From: an uncultured Nitrospiraceae bacterium
GTDB lineage: Bacteria > Nitrospirota > UBA9217
DNA: 64,000 nt
NCBI GenBank assembly: GCA_964586075.1
Contig: CAZPGZ010000007.1
Coordinates: 33,597-97,596, forward strand
Reading direction: 5' to 3'
Part shown: positions 38,647 through 47,537 of the stretch, piece by piece
How positions within the stretch are numbered: position 1 is the first letter of the stretch
Layout: each line of letters opens with the position of its first letter
Program-made: the position numbers and the translations under genes
The notes under the pieces: model-generated
What the model saw: the letters and a program-made list of their open reading frames with translations, nothing else
The model's database searches: none
Told to the model about the DNA's origin: nothing

Positions 38647-39287
38647 ATAATTTTGAAAAAGAACGCAATCGCATGGTGGATGAGCAGATCATCGCGCGGG
38701 GGGTCAAGGATGAAAGAGTGCTTGCCGCCATGCGCAAGGTGCCGCGCCATCTCTTTATACCGGAAGCCATCCGAGGTATGGCGTATGCGGACAACGCACT
38801 GCCTCTCGGTGAGAACCAGACGATATCACAACCCTATATCGTGGCGCTCATGACCGAGCTGCTGGAACTGAAAGGTCCGGAGCGGATCCTGGAGATCGGG
38901 ACAGGTTCCGGTTATCAGACGGCAATCCTTGCGGAGTTATGCAGTAAAGTTTACACGGTGGAACGGATTAAAACGCTTGCTGACAGAGCACGGGCGACCC
39001 TCGATCTCCTTGGTTATAAAATGGTCGCCAGCAAAGTATATGATGGCACCTATGGCTGGAAGGAAATGGGGCCCTTTGACGCAATCATGGTCACAGCCAG
39101 CGCGCCTGATATCCCCACGCCACTTGTGGAACAGCTCAAACCGGACGGAAGAATGATTATTCCGGTCGGTGAGCGATATGGCCAGCAACTGGTAAAAATA
39201 ATAAGGACATCGGACGGCATTACCACTCAGAAGAGTATTCCCTGCATGTTTGTGCCGCTGATTGGCAACCATGCATGGAAAGAATAG
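38643..39287 (+). CDS. pcm: Protein-L-isoaspartate O-methyltransferase
   Basis: VPRHLF, AYADNALP, QTISQPY, LEIGTGSGYQTA, PFDAIMVTA, FVPL. Confidence 0.96.
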   Translation: MNNFEKERNRMVDEQIIARGVKDERVLAAMRKVPRHLFIPEAIRGMAYADNALPLGENQTISQPYIVALMTELLELKGPERILEIGTGSGYQTAILAELCSKVYTVERIKTLADRARATLDLLGYKMVASKVYDGTYGWKEMGPFDAIMVTASAPDIPTPLVEQLKPDGRMIIPVGERYGQQLVKIIRTSDGITTQKSIPCMFVPLIGNHAWKE

Positions 39288-39350
39288 TTCCCTGCGGCAT
39301 GGAATCAACCGGATTCCGCGAATAAACTCCAGCCCCATGTCTGTGCGCGT

Positions 39351-39950
39351 TTACTTCCCCGGATGAGTTTTTCCCTGTATTTTGTTCACAATGATCTGGT
39401 ACAAGTATGAAAGCCCCAATCCGATACCGCTGCCTGTCAAAGCTCCTGCAAGAACATCGGTAGGATAATGGACTCCGAGATAAAGACGCGAAAAAGCAAT
39501 AAGCGTGGCCAGCGCCAAAGGATACAGACGCCAGACAAGGGAGATATATCCTTTAGTAAGGCAAAAGAGTGGCAATGCCACTGCGAATGACGTGATTGCG
39601 TGGCCTGAAGGCATTGAAAATGATTTCGGGCAGGCGGCGATCAGTCTTATTTCATCGATCGACCGGCATGGTCTTGTTCGGCAAAAGGCAGATTTCACAA
39701 CATCTTCCACCCATCCGGAAAGATAGAGAGCGCAAATTGCGATCAGGATCGTCCAGAGAGCTGTAGCGAGATGTGTATTTCCGGTTCTTTTTTTTCGCGC
39801 AATACCTCTTATGATCATTGCGAACAAAAAAGGGATCACGAGGAGATATCCCTGCGCGGACAGTGCTGGCATAAGTATGTCGAAGAACCAGTTCGCAGTC
39901 CCTTTGTTTATAAAAAGCAGTAGTTGGGTATCGAACGCCTGTATGTTCAT
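39351..39950 (-). CDS. PAP2-family phosphatase
   Basis: K....RTRP, SMPSGHA, SRLYLGVHYPTDV. Confidence 0.9.
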   Translation of the reverse strand: MNIQAFDTQLLLFINKGTANWFFDILMPALSAQGYLLVIPFLFAMIIRGIARKKRTGNTHLATALWTILIAICALYLSGWVEDVVKSAFCRTRPCRSIDEIRLIAACPKSFSMPSGHAITSFAVALPLFCLTKGYISLVWRLYPLALATLIAFSRLYLGVHYPTDVLAGALTGSGIGLGLSYLYQIIVNKIQGKTHPGK

Positions 39951-40006
39951 GCAGTAATGGCCTTTTTCGGATAGCGGGTAGTAGGGTCAGCAGCAAAAAG
40001 GAATTG

Positions 40007-40351
40007 TTATGAGCTGGTATTCTTTTCGCCGTATCTGAGGACGGTGGTGTCGCTTATTTCGACGAGACCTCTTTTCAGCATTTCCATAATCTGGGGCAGT
40101 ACTTTGTTAATCATATCTTCCGAATCTATGACTTCTATCTTGAGCGGCAAGGTGGTGGAGAGCTCCAGAATTTTTGCCGTGTGCACGACACCATGACTGC
40201 CATAGCCCGCCACGCCCCGAAAAATGCTTACTCCGGCAAATTTATTTTTGTAAAAAATGTCCAGAAGAATGCTGTACACAGGTTTGCCGTGAAGTCGTTC
40301 GTTTTCATCGATATAAATCGATAGCTTTTTTGCGGGTCCGCTGATAATCAT
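40007..40351 (-). CDS. DUF190 (PII-like) protein
   Basis: GVSIFRGVAGYGSHG, ILELSTTLPLKIEVIDS; adjacent to crcB. Confidence 0.88.
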   Translation of the reverse strand: MIISGPAKKLSIYIDENERLHGKPVYSILLDIFYKNKFAGVSIFRGVAGYGSHGVVHTAKILELSTTLPLKIEVIDSEDMINKVLPQIMEMLKRGLVEISDTTVLRYGEKNTSS

Positions 40352-40360
40352 GTTCCCCCT

Positions 40361-40735
40361 TTAAATGCTTTTTGCAATAATCTCGCCGAGTTTCAATGCA
40401 ACAAAACCGACGACAACGCTTAACGTGATATTCAACATTGCCATAAGCCATTCCCCGTCTTTCAGAAGTGCTCCAGTTTCATATTCAAAGGTTGAAAACG
40501 TAGTATAGGCGCCGAGAAATCCGACAACCAGCAGCAGCCGCCACTGGGGATTGACCAAAAAACGGTCTGTAAAAAGGGCCATGAGTAAGCCGATAAGAAA
40601 GCTGCCGCTTACATTAATAACGAACGTGCCGAGAGGAAAATTGCTACCCCATCGCTGCCCGATCCACAGTGCAACACCGTATCGTGCGATGGCGCCAAGA
40701 AATCCTCCTATGCCTATAATAAGAACATTTGTCAT
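40361..40735 (-). CDS. crcB: Fluoride channel Fluc/CrcB
   Basis: GGFLGAIARY, FPLGTFVINVSGSF, GFLGAYTTFSTF. Start ATG 40735. Confidence 0.95.
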   Translation of the reverse strand: MTNVLIIGIGGFLGAIARYGVALWIGQRWGSNFPLGTFVINVSGSFLIGLLMALFTDRFLVNPQWRLLLVVGFLGAYTTFSTFEYETGALLKDGEWLMAMLNITLSVVVGFVALKLGEIIAKSI

Positions 40736-40755
40736 ATGATGTCCTGCCCTGTAAG

Positions 40756-40788
40756 CTGTTATATAACAGAAGCTTTTTAACAAGTCAA
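40756..40788 (-). promoter_or_regulatory. crcB promoter with perfect 14-bp palindrome over the -10
   Basis: TTGACT (40788-40783), 17 nt, TATATA (40765-40760); CTGTTATATAACAG at 40756-40769. Confidence 0.5.
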
Positions 40789-40925
40789 CGATAATGAGCG
40801 TACTATTATGAGTATTCTGTTTCTGTTTTTTCAGAAAATGCTGTCAAATGGGAATAAAATATTGTATAATAATCATAAATTGGCACGATGATTTCAGACC
40901 ATAAAACAAGGAGAATGAAGACATC

Positions 40926-41150
40926 ATGAAGGAACAGGTAATTGAAGCTCTTAAAAAAGTCAGACCGGCACTCCAGCGAGACGGTGGCGATATCGAACTC
41001 GTAAGCGTCGAAGACAATGGCGTGGTCAAAGTAAGACTAAAAGGAGCCTGCGGCAGCTGCCCCATGTCGACGATGACCCTCAAAATGGGTGTAGAAAAAA
41101 TGTTAAAGCAGGAAGTCCCGAGCGTCAAGGAAGTAGTGCAGGTGCCATGA
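40926..41150 (+). CDS. NifU C-terminal (Nfu) Fe-S carrier
   Basis: [31 protein letters not shown]. Confidence 0.93.
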   Translation: MKEQVIEALKKVRPALQRDGGDIELVSVEDNGVVKVRLKGACGSCPMSTMTLKMGVEKMLKQEVPSVKEVVQVP

Positions 41151-41231
41151 TTTTTTCATTGCCCGCTTATTCCGGCGTATTTGGATATGTTTCGGCCGGA
41201 GAAGCAAAGGCATATTTATAAAGAATAGATC

Positions 41232-41271
41232 CCTGCCTCTGAGAGTGCAAGTGCAGAGGCAGGACCTTTTT
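41232..41271 (+). terminator. Probable terminator after nfu
   Basis: CCTGCCTCTG-12 nt-CAGAGGCAGG followed by ACCTTTTT. Confidence 0.5.
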
Positions 41272-41527
41272 CCCCTAAGCAATCCTCTAAGGCTTGCTGT
41301 CTTTCGAATTTACCGTTCCGATGCGAAGGGACGCGTTTCTATTTTCCTTCTTACGTAATGCCTTAGTGCTGATATAATACAGGTAATCAGGTATTCATAT
41401 ATCCAAGGCTTATTGAATAATCAATATCCAACGTCGATTGTAATGTGGTTGTAAGCTTGCTGACTTACCTGGTAGTCGGAGAACCATTCCCTGGCAATTT
41501 TTTGTATGATACAGCAGCGGGGGACAC

Positions 41528-42568
41528 TTGGACATGGTTATCAGCGAACAACGAAAAAATAAAAAAAGAAATCGGATGTTTTCCCCGTCTGTACGCGGCA
41601 CAGAGAACATGCAGAAAATCACTTGGACGTTCAGCGGAGCGCTACTCCCGGCAACGCTCATGTCGGTTTATTATTTTGGGATACCTGCTCTCCAACTGAT
41701 TTCCATCTGTATTGCGACAGCTTTGCTTTGTGACGTAATAATGCAATGGGGCTTGAGGAAACCAGTTTCAGTTTTTGATGGAAAGGCTGTCCTGATTGGC
41801 CTTTTGCTTGCCTTGTGCCTCCCCTCAACGGTACCGCTTTATATGCCGGTTGCCGGAGCTTGCATTGCCATTATTATTGCAAAACACCTTCTTAGCATAC
41901 AAGGCTGCCCCGTGTTCAATCCTGCGCTTTTCGGCAGGGCCGTCCTCCTCTTCATTTTCCCCGGGTTCATGAGCAGCTTTACCGCACCTGCAGCCACTTT
42001 GTTGATCGTAGACGCAAAAACGACGGCAACACCTCTGATGCTTCTGAAACAGGAAGGAATGGGGAGACTCCTTGAAGTCTACCACACCAAAGCGGCCTTA
42101 TATATAGATCTGCTCCTCGGCAACCGGCCCGGATCCATAGGGGAAACATCAGTTGCTGCACTCCTGCTGGGCGCCGCATTTCTTATGGCAAAGCGGTATA
42201 TTACCTGGCATGTTCCGGTTTCCTTTATTGGTACTGTCGGTATTCTGATGTGGATATTTGGCGGAAAAGAAGGGCTTATGACAGGTGATCCGATCTTTCA
42301 TATGATGACCGGAGGACTGGTGCTCGGCGCCTTTTTTATGGCCACTGATTATATGACAACTCCTACTTTGCGCAGAGACCAAATCTTATTCGGTATCGCT
42401 TGCGGATCGCTTACGACACTGATCCGCTTGAAAGGCGGATATCCTGAAGGGGTGCTGTTTGCGGTTCTTGTTATGAATTGTTTTACCCCGCTTCTCGACC
42501 GGCGCATCAAAAAGCGCATTTTTACCGCAGCAGATCTTGTGGAATTGCAAAACCGCAAACGGAATTGA
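41528..42568 (+). CDS. rnfD: RnfD-family membrane flavoprotein (orphan)
   Basis: FNPAL.GRA, DAKTTATPL, GNRPGSIGETS, GGLVLGAFFMATDY.TTP, GGYPEGVLFAVLVMN.FTPLLDR. Confidence 0.85.
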   Translation: MDMVISEQRKNKKRNRMFSPSVRGTENMQKITWTFSGALLPATLMSVYYFGIPALQLISICIATALLCDVIMQWGLRKPVSVFDGKAVLIGLLLALCLPSTVPLYMPVAGACIAIIIAKHLLSIQGCPVFNPALFGRAVLLFIFPGFMSSFTAPAATLLIVDAKTTATPLMLLKQEGMGRLLEVYHTKAALYIDLLLGNRPGSIGETSVAALLLGAAFLMAKRYITWHVPVSFIGTVGILMWIFGGKEGLMTGDPIFHMMTGGLVLGAFFMATDYMTTPTLRRDQILFGIACGSLTTLIRLKGGYPEGVLFAVLVMNCFTPLLDRRIKKRIFTAADLVELQNRKRN

Positions 42569-42673
42569 TATAGAAACAAGTCATCTTCTCTACGACAACG
42601 CGGAACAAGTCGGTGATTCTCACTCGTCGGTTGTGAAAAAACAAGAAGCTGTCGATATGTTTTTCTTTTTTTC

Positions 42674-42702
42674 TTGACAAAAACCATCGCTTAGGCTACA
42701 AA
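42674..42702 (+). promoter_or_regulatory. Putative sigma70 promoter of gcvH
   Basis: TTGACA (42674-42679), 17 nt, TACAAA (42697-42702). Confidence 0.5.
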
Positions 42703-42746
42703 CAATTCCATTCTTGCCGTTTTATCATCCGTGGTGGAGGTTTTTT

Positions 42747-43136
42747 ATGAATCCAGATGATGTCAAATATCACAGAGAACATTCCTGGGTGCGTGTCGAG
42801 GGAAATAAGGCGACAATTGGTATCACCGATTATGCACAACAACAGCTCGGCGATATCGTGTATGTGGAACTGCCTGAGATTGACACGGAGATCGACGCCG
42901 ATTCGGAACTTTCAGAAATCGAGTCTACAAAAGCAACCTCTCCGCTGGTCAGCCCCGTGTCAGGGACTGTCGTGGAGGTGAATGAGGACCTCGCCGATAC
43001 GCCGGAGATAATCAATGAAGACCCTTACGGCAACGGTTGGCTTGCGGTCCTTGAATTGACAGACCCTGCGGAGCTCAGTGATTTGCTGAGCAAGACAGAG
43101 TACGAAAAGTTTCTTCAGGAAGAAGAGGCCAAGTAG
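42747..43136 (+). CDS. gcvH: Glycine cleavage H-type lipoyl carrier protein
   Basis: YHREHSWVR, GITDYAQQQLGDIVYVELP, IESTKA (lipoyl Lys), INEDPYGNGWL. ATG 42747 follows GGAGG. Confidence 0.95.
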   Translation: MNPDDVKYHREHSWVRVEGNKATIGITDYAQQQLGDIVYVELPEIDTEIDADSELSEIESTKATSPLVSPVSGTVVEVNEDLADTPEIINEDPYGNGWLAVLELTDPAELSDLLSKTEYEKFLQEEEAK

Positions 43137-43179
43137 TCGACGGGACGAATGAGAAGACAGAGAATGAGCGAATAATGCG

Positions 43180-43215
43180 AAGAGGGAGAGTTTTTATTCT
43201 CCCTCTTTTTATTTT
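43180..43215 (+). terminator. Intrinsic terminator between gcvH and lpdA
   Basis: AAGAGGGAGA-gtttttat-TCTCCCTCTT followed by TTTATTTT. Confidence 0.65.
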
Positions 43216-43230
43216 CCGGAGGGACGAAAC

Positions 43231-44625
43231 ATGCCGACTAACGTTACGATTATAGGCGCGGGGCCGGGCGGATATGTGGCCGCAATCCGCGCGGCGCAGC
43301 GGGGGGCGCGTGTTACTATTGTCGAGAATTCTGAAGTGGGCGGCACCTGTCTGAATCAAGGCTGCATTCCCACAAAAGCACTGATCGCATCTGCGGAAGC
43401 ACTCACGCACATGCGCCATGCAGCTGATTTTGGCCTAGAGGTTGCCGGCCCGATCGGATACAATCTTGCCGGAATACGCGAGCGCAAGGACAAGATTGTG
43501 GCAACACAGATACGGGGCATTCACAGTCTGTTTAAAAGCTGGGGAGTAAATCTGATAACAGGAAAAGGCGCATTGCTGGCGCCAGATATTGTGCGGGTTG
43601 TTCAGAAAGACGGAACGACCATGGATGTGAAGTCCGACAAAATTATTATTGCTACCGGTTCACGCCCTGCGGGGATACCTCATATAGCTTTTGACGCCGA
43701 ACATATCATCTCAAGCGACGATGCAGTGCAGCTCAAAAAGATTCCCAAAAGCATTCTTATCGTGGGCGCCGGCGTGATCGGTTCTGAGTTCGCTTTTGTG
43801 TATCGTACTTTCGGGGCAGAGGTGACACTGGTCGAAATGCTGCCGCGCGCCTTGTTCACAGAGGACGAGGATATATCTGATATTATAGAACGCGAATTCA
43901 AAAAAACAAAAATCAAGCTTATCGCCGGCGTTAAAGTTGAAAAGAGTGAAAAAGAGCGTAACATGGTTCTTACCACGTTAAGCAACGGACAGGTTGTCAG
44001 GTCTGAAATGGTGCTCGTCTCTATTGGTCGATCCATGAACTCCGATGGTTTGGGACTGGACGATGTGGGCGTGATGCGGGGCAAGCGGGGTGAAGTATTG
44101 GTAAATGAGAAGCTGGAAACAAACGTACCGGGCGTTTTTGCAATCGGCGACGTGACGGGAAAATTTTTTCTCGCACATGTTGCTTCACACCAGGGTCTTG
44201 TTGCCGCAGAGAATGCACTCGGAGGTCATGAAACGATGGACTATTCCGTGGTTCCGTCAGGGATATTCACCATGCCTGAAATCGGCAGCGTAGGTGTTCG
44301 TGAAAAAGAGGCCCAAAACAGGAACAGTGCATATCGAATCGGAAAATTTCAATATCGAGCGCTCGGTAAGGCGCATGCCATGGGAGAAATTACGGGCATG
44401 GCAAAAATAATTTCCGACGCAGTCACCGACGCTGTCCTCGGTGTGCATATATGCGGCGCCCATGCAGCCGATTTGATTCATGAAGGCGCACTTGCCATTC
44501 GTATGGGCGCTACGACCAGACAGCTCGGAAGCATGATTCACGCCCATCCGACCCTTGCCGAAGCCGTGATGGAGGCGGCTGAAGATCTACACGAACAGGC
44601 CGTTCATGTACCCCGGGAGAAGTAA
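43231..44625 (+). CDS. lpdA: Dihydrolipoamide dehydrogenase
   Basis: GAGPGGYVAA, GGTCLNQGCIP, GAGVIGSE with acidic VEM (NAD type), IGDV, HAHPTLAE. Confidence 0.93.
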   Translation: MPTNVTIIGAGPGGYVAAIRAAQRGARVTIVENSEVGGTCLNQGCIPTKALIASAEALTHMRHAADFGLEVAGPIGYNLAGIRERKDKIVATQIRGIHSLFKSWGVNLITGKGALLAPDIVRVVQKDGTTMDVKSDKIIIATGSRPAGIPHIAFDAEHIISSDDAVQLKKIPKSILIVGAGVIGSEFAFVYRTFGAEVTLVEMLPRALFTEDEDISDIIEREFKKTKIKLIAGVKVEKSEKERNMVLTTLSNGQVVRSEMVLVSIGRSMNSDGLGLDDVGVMRGKRGEVLVNEKLETNVPGVFAIGDVTGKFFLAHVASHQGLVAAENALGGHETMDYSVVPSGIFTMPEIGSVGVREKEAQNRNSAYRIGKFQYRALGKAHAMGEITGMAKIISDAVTDAVLGVHICGAHAADLIHEGALAIRMGATTRQLGSMIHAHPTLAEAVMEAAEDLHEQAVHVPREK

Positions 44626-44665
44626 TTTCCTTTCATGCGGAAGGAGCAAGTCCGCTGGTGCAGTA

Positions 44666-46045
44666 TTACTCAGGTTCGCGCAGTTTCGCAAACGCTTTTA
44701 CTACCACTTCAGGCAATGCGGGATGAATATGCATTCCTCCGGCGACTGACCAGAGGCTGCCTTCTGTAGCCATGACATTCACGACTTCTTGGATCAGAAC
44801 AGATGCCTGAGGCCCGATAATGTGGTATCCGAGGATTTTGCCGCTTTTCCTGTGTACGACCGCCTTGGCAAAACACCCGGCTTCCATCATGGCTTCACCG
44901 CGTGCCGTGTCCGTGTAGAGGGCCTTTCCCACAAGAATTTCATGCTTTCCCGTGAGTTTTCCGGCCTGTTCCTCTGTCAATCCGACCGACGCGATTTCCG
45001 GCCAGGTAAAAACAGCATGCGGCACTGTTAGATAATTCATTTTTGACTTTTTCCCGTGCATGGCGTTGTCCCAGGCAAGCTCAGCCTCGTGATTGGCAGC
45101 ATGGCGGAACATTTTTTTCCCAAGTGCATCGCCAAAAGCCCATATATTTTTCTTTGTGGTTTCCAGAAAATCATCAACAAGAATATAACCGTCCTCGGTG
45201 GTCGCTATCCCTGCGTTTTTGACCAGAAGTGCGTCGGCATTTGATTTTCTTCCGGCCGCCACCAGAACATGTTGAGCCATGAATTCCATTTTTTTGCCAC
45301 TGTCTTGTTCTGTGGCGGTGACTGTGGTGTATATTCCGGTCTGACGCACCTCAACAGCTTCCATGCCTGTATGGATTTTTACCCGATTGGACAGGGCCGC
45401 CGTGAGCAGCGCTGACACTTCAGGCTCTTCCTCAGGGACAATACGTTTATTGCGCTGGATGATTGTTACCGGCGTGCCTATGGCTTCAAAAAAATGGGCA
45501 AATTCGACAGCAATATAGCCGCCTCCGATAATTATCATGCTTTCAGGTCGATCTGTAAGCTGCAGTACGGATTCGTTTGTAAGGTACTCGATGCTTTCCA
45601 TGCCTTGAATCTGCGGAATAAGAGGGCGAGCTCCGGTGGCAATAAAGATCGTTTTGCCTTTTATCGTCTGGTTGTTGACTTCGAGTGTATAATCTCCCGT
45701 AAAATGGGCAGCACCGAAATAAAAATCGAAATCATCTGCTTTTTTCAGCGCTTCTTCAATGTGGCTCCGACTGTGATGGACCGTGCGTCGCATCCGCTCC
45801 ATGATGCCGTAAAAATCGATGTGTTTGACTTCAGCGGTGATTCCGAGTTTTCCGGCTTCCCGGACTTGCATAATGCGGTCGGCAGGATAGAGAAGCAGTT
45901 TCGTGGGTATGCAACCCACGTTGAGGCAAGTGCCGCCCAAAGGTCCTTGATCTATACAAGCGATATTTTTTCCATGCGACAAAGCATCCTCGATCAGATT
46001 TGCACCTGAGCCCGAACCGATGATCACGATATCATATTCCTTCAT
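44666..46045 (-). CDS. Class-I pyridine nucleotide-disulfide oxidoreductase (mycothione/dihydrolipoamide reductase-like, probably NADPH)
   Basis: GSGSG, GGTCLNVGCIPTK, GGGYIAVE with IQRNKR, HIHPALPEVV. ATG 46045. Confidence 0.85.
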   Translation of the reverse strand: MKEYDIVIIGSGSGANLIEDALSHGKNIACIDQGPLGGTCLNVGCIPTKLLLYPADRIMQVREAGKLGITAEVKHIDFYGIMERMRRTVHHSRSHIEEALKKADDFDFYFGAAHFTGDYTLEVNNQTIKGKTIFIATGARPLIPQIQGMESIEYLTNESVLQLTDRPESMIIIGGGYIAVEFAHFFEAIGTPVTIIQRNKRIVPEEEPEVSALLTAALSNRVKIHTGMEAVEVRQTGIYTTVTATEQDSGKKMEFMAQHVLVAAGRKSNADALLVKNAGIATTEDGYILVDDFLETTKKNIWAFGDALGKKMFRHAANHEAELAWDNAMHGKKSKMNYLTVPHAVFTWPEIASVGLTEEQAGKLTGKHEILVGKALYTDTARGEAMMEAGCFAKAVVHRKSGKILGYHIIGPQASVLIQEVVNVMATEGSLWSVAGGMHIHPALPEVVVKAFAKLREPE

Positions 46046-46062
46046 GAATTCACCTCTTTTGA

Positions 46063-46090
46063 ATTTTAGCAGGTTTATGAGTGGAGTCAA
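46063..46090 (-). promoter_or_regulatory. Putative promoter of second disulfide reductase
   Basis: TTGACT (46090-46085), 16 nt, TGC-TAAAAT (46068-46063). Confidence 0.45.
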
Positions 46091-46200
46091 TGAAACGTAT
46101 ACTAGAAAAATCTGAAAAATAAATGCTATCCATTTCTTCAGTTACTTACATTGACAAATCATCATACTTATGGCAGGATATTTTAACTCAGGAGTCCACT

Positions 46201-47322
46201 ATGGATGAAGTCAATATAACCATTATCGGCGCAGGTGTCGTGGGTTTGGCAACAGCAGCGGAGCTGTCCGCCTTCTGCGACAATATTATTGTTCTTGAGA
46301 AACATGATAGCTTCGGCCGGGAGACGAGCAGCCGCAACAGCGAAGTCATCCATTCAGGCATCTATTATCCCCACGGATCATTGAAAGCAACACTGTGCGT
46401 GGAAGGGGCTAAGCTGCTGTATGAACTGTGCGCCTGTCATTCCATCCCCTATAGAAAAACCGGGAAATTAATTGTTGCCGCCGACAAATCAGAAGAACTT
46501 ATTCTTACGAATCTCCTTGAGAAAGGCAGACAAAATAATGTTCAGGGCTTGACCCTGCTGAGTAAACAGGATGTCAGCACGCGGGAACCGCATATTATTG
46601 CCGAGGCGGCGCTGTATGCTCCGGAAACCGGTATTATAGATTCTCATTCTCTGATGAAGCATTTTTATACTGTCGCGGAAGCAAACGGAACTCTGTTTGC
46701 GTTTAACAGCGAGTTGAATAGTCTGGCCCGTGTACAGGATGGTTTTATTGCCGGGATAAAGCAGGACGATTATCAATTCCGGTCCCGCATTATCATAAAC
46801 TGCGCCGGTCTGTATTCAGATTGTATAGCCGGGCTTGCGGGCATTGATGTTCATAAACATGATTATACGCTCAAGTACTGTAAAGGCTCTTATTTCTCAT
46901 ATGCTAAACCGTCGCCTGTATCCATGCTTATTTACCCGGTTCCTCATGAGGAACTAGTAGGACTCGGAGTGCACGCGACGCTTGATCTGGGTGGACGCCT
47001 TCGCTTCGGTCCGGATGCGGAGTATGTCCCGGGGACACTCGATTACAAGGTGGATCCAGCCAAAAAAGACGGTTTTTATCAGGGAGCAACGCGGATTATT
47101 TCAGGGCTTGACAAAGATGCTTTTATTCCCGATATGTCCGGTATCCGGCCAAAACTACAGGGGCCGGGTGAGAAAGTACGGGATTTCATCATCAGAGAGG
47201 AATCGGACAAGGACTTGCCGGGTCTGATTAATCTGATCGGCATAGAATCGCCCGGCTTGACAGCATCTCCCGCTATAGCAAAAATGGTAGCGGAGATGGT
47301 CAGAAAATTATTGACCTCCTGA
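46201..47322 (+). CDS. FAD-dependent oxidoreductase, L-2-hydroxyglutarate oxidase (LhgO)-like
   Basis: IIGAGVVG, ETSSRNSEVIHSGIYY, NCAGLYSD, LGVHATLDL.G.LRFGPD, SGIRPK, GIESPGLTAS. ATG 46201 follows AGGAG. Confidence 0.88.
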   Translation: MDEVNITIIGAGVVGLATAAELSAFCDNIIVLEKHDSFGRETSSRNSEVIHSGIYYPHGSLKATLCVEGAKLLYELCACHSIPYRKTGKLIVAADKSEELILTNLLEKGRQNNVQGLTLLSKQDVSTREPHIIAEAALYAPETGIIDSHSLMKHFYTVAEANGTLFAFNSELNSLARVQDGFIAGIKQDDYQFRSRIIINCAGLYSDCIAGLAGIDVHKHDYTLKYCKGSYFSYAKPSPVSMLIYPVPHEELVGLGVHATLDLGGRLRFGPDAEYVPGTLDYKVDPAKKDGFYQGATRIISGLDKDAFIPDMSGIRPKLQGPGEKVRDFIIREESDKDLPGLINLIGIESPGLTASPAIAKMVAEMVRKLLTS

Positions 47323-47537
47323 TAACCATTACAACAAAACAGAAACCTCCACTTCTTCTTCATTCAAATTATTTATTTCCTCTTACCGAAAATTCTAGAA
47401 CCTTTTGTCTTTTAAATTAATTTTATACGTCTTAGGTATTATATTTTCATAGGAACTTTACAGCAAAACACCCCAGAAGTTGCTATACTCATTTCGAAGC
47501 TATTCTTCTTTAGAAAAATTCAGACGAGGAGGTATAT

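Noticed and set aside
40756-40769. LexA SOS box
   Set aside because: CTGT-N6-ACAG is 2 bp shorter than the CTGT-N8-ACAG box; kept only as an unassigned palindrome.
40736-40925. Fluoride riboswitch upstream of crcB
   Set aside because: No GGnGAUGG...GCUGAUGAC-type consensus on the minus strand, and the predicted promoter lies too close to the ATG.
41411-41426. FNR box upstream of rnfD
   Set aside because: TTGA-N4-TCAA does not fit the TTGA-N6-TCAA spacing.
41151-41527. rnfC pseudogene remnant, FMN riboswitch or c-di-GMP riboswitch upstream of rnfD
   Set aside because: No RnfC-like peptide appears in the listed ORFs. The GGGACGC fragment lacks the rest of the c-di-GMP-I consensus, and FMN riboswitch motifs are absent.
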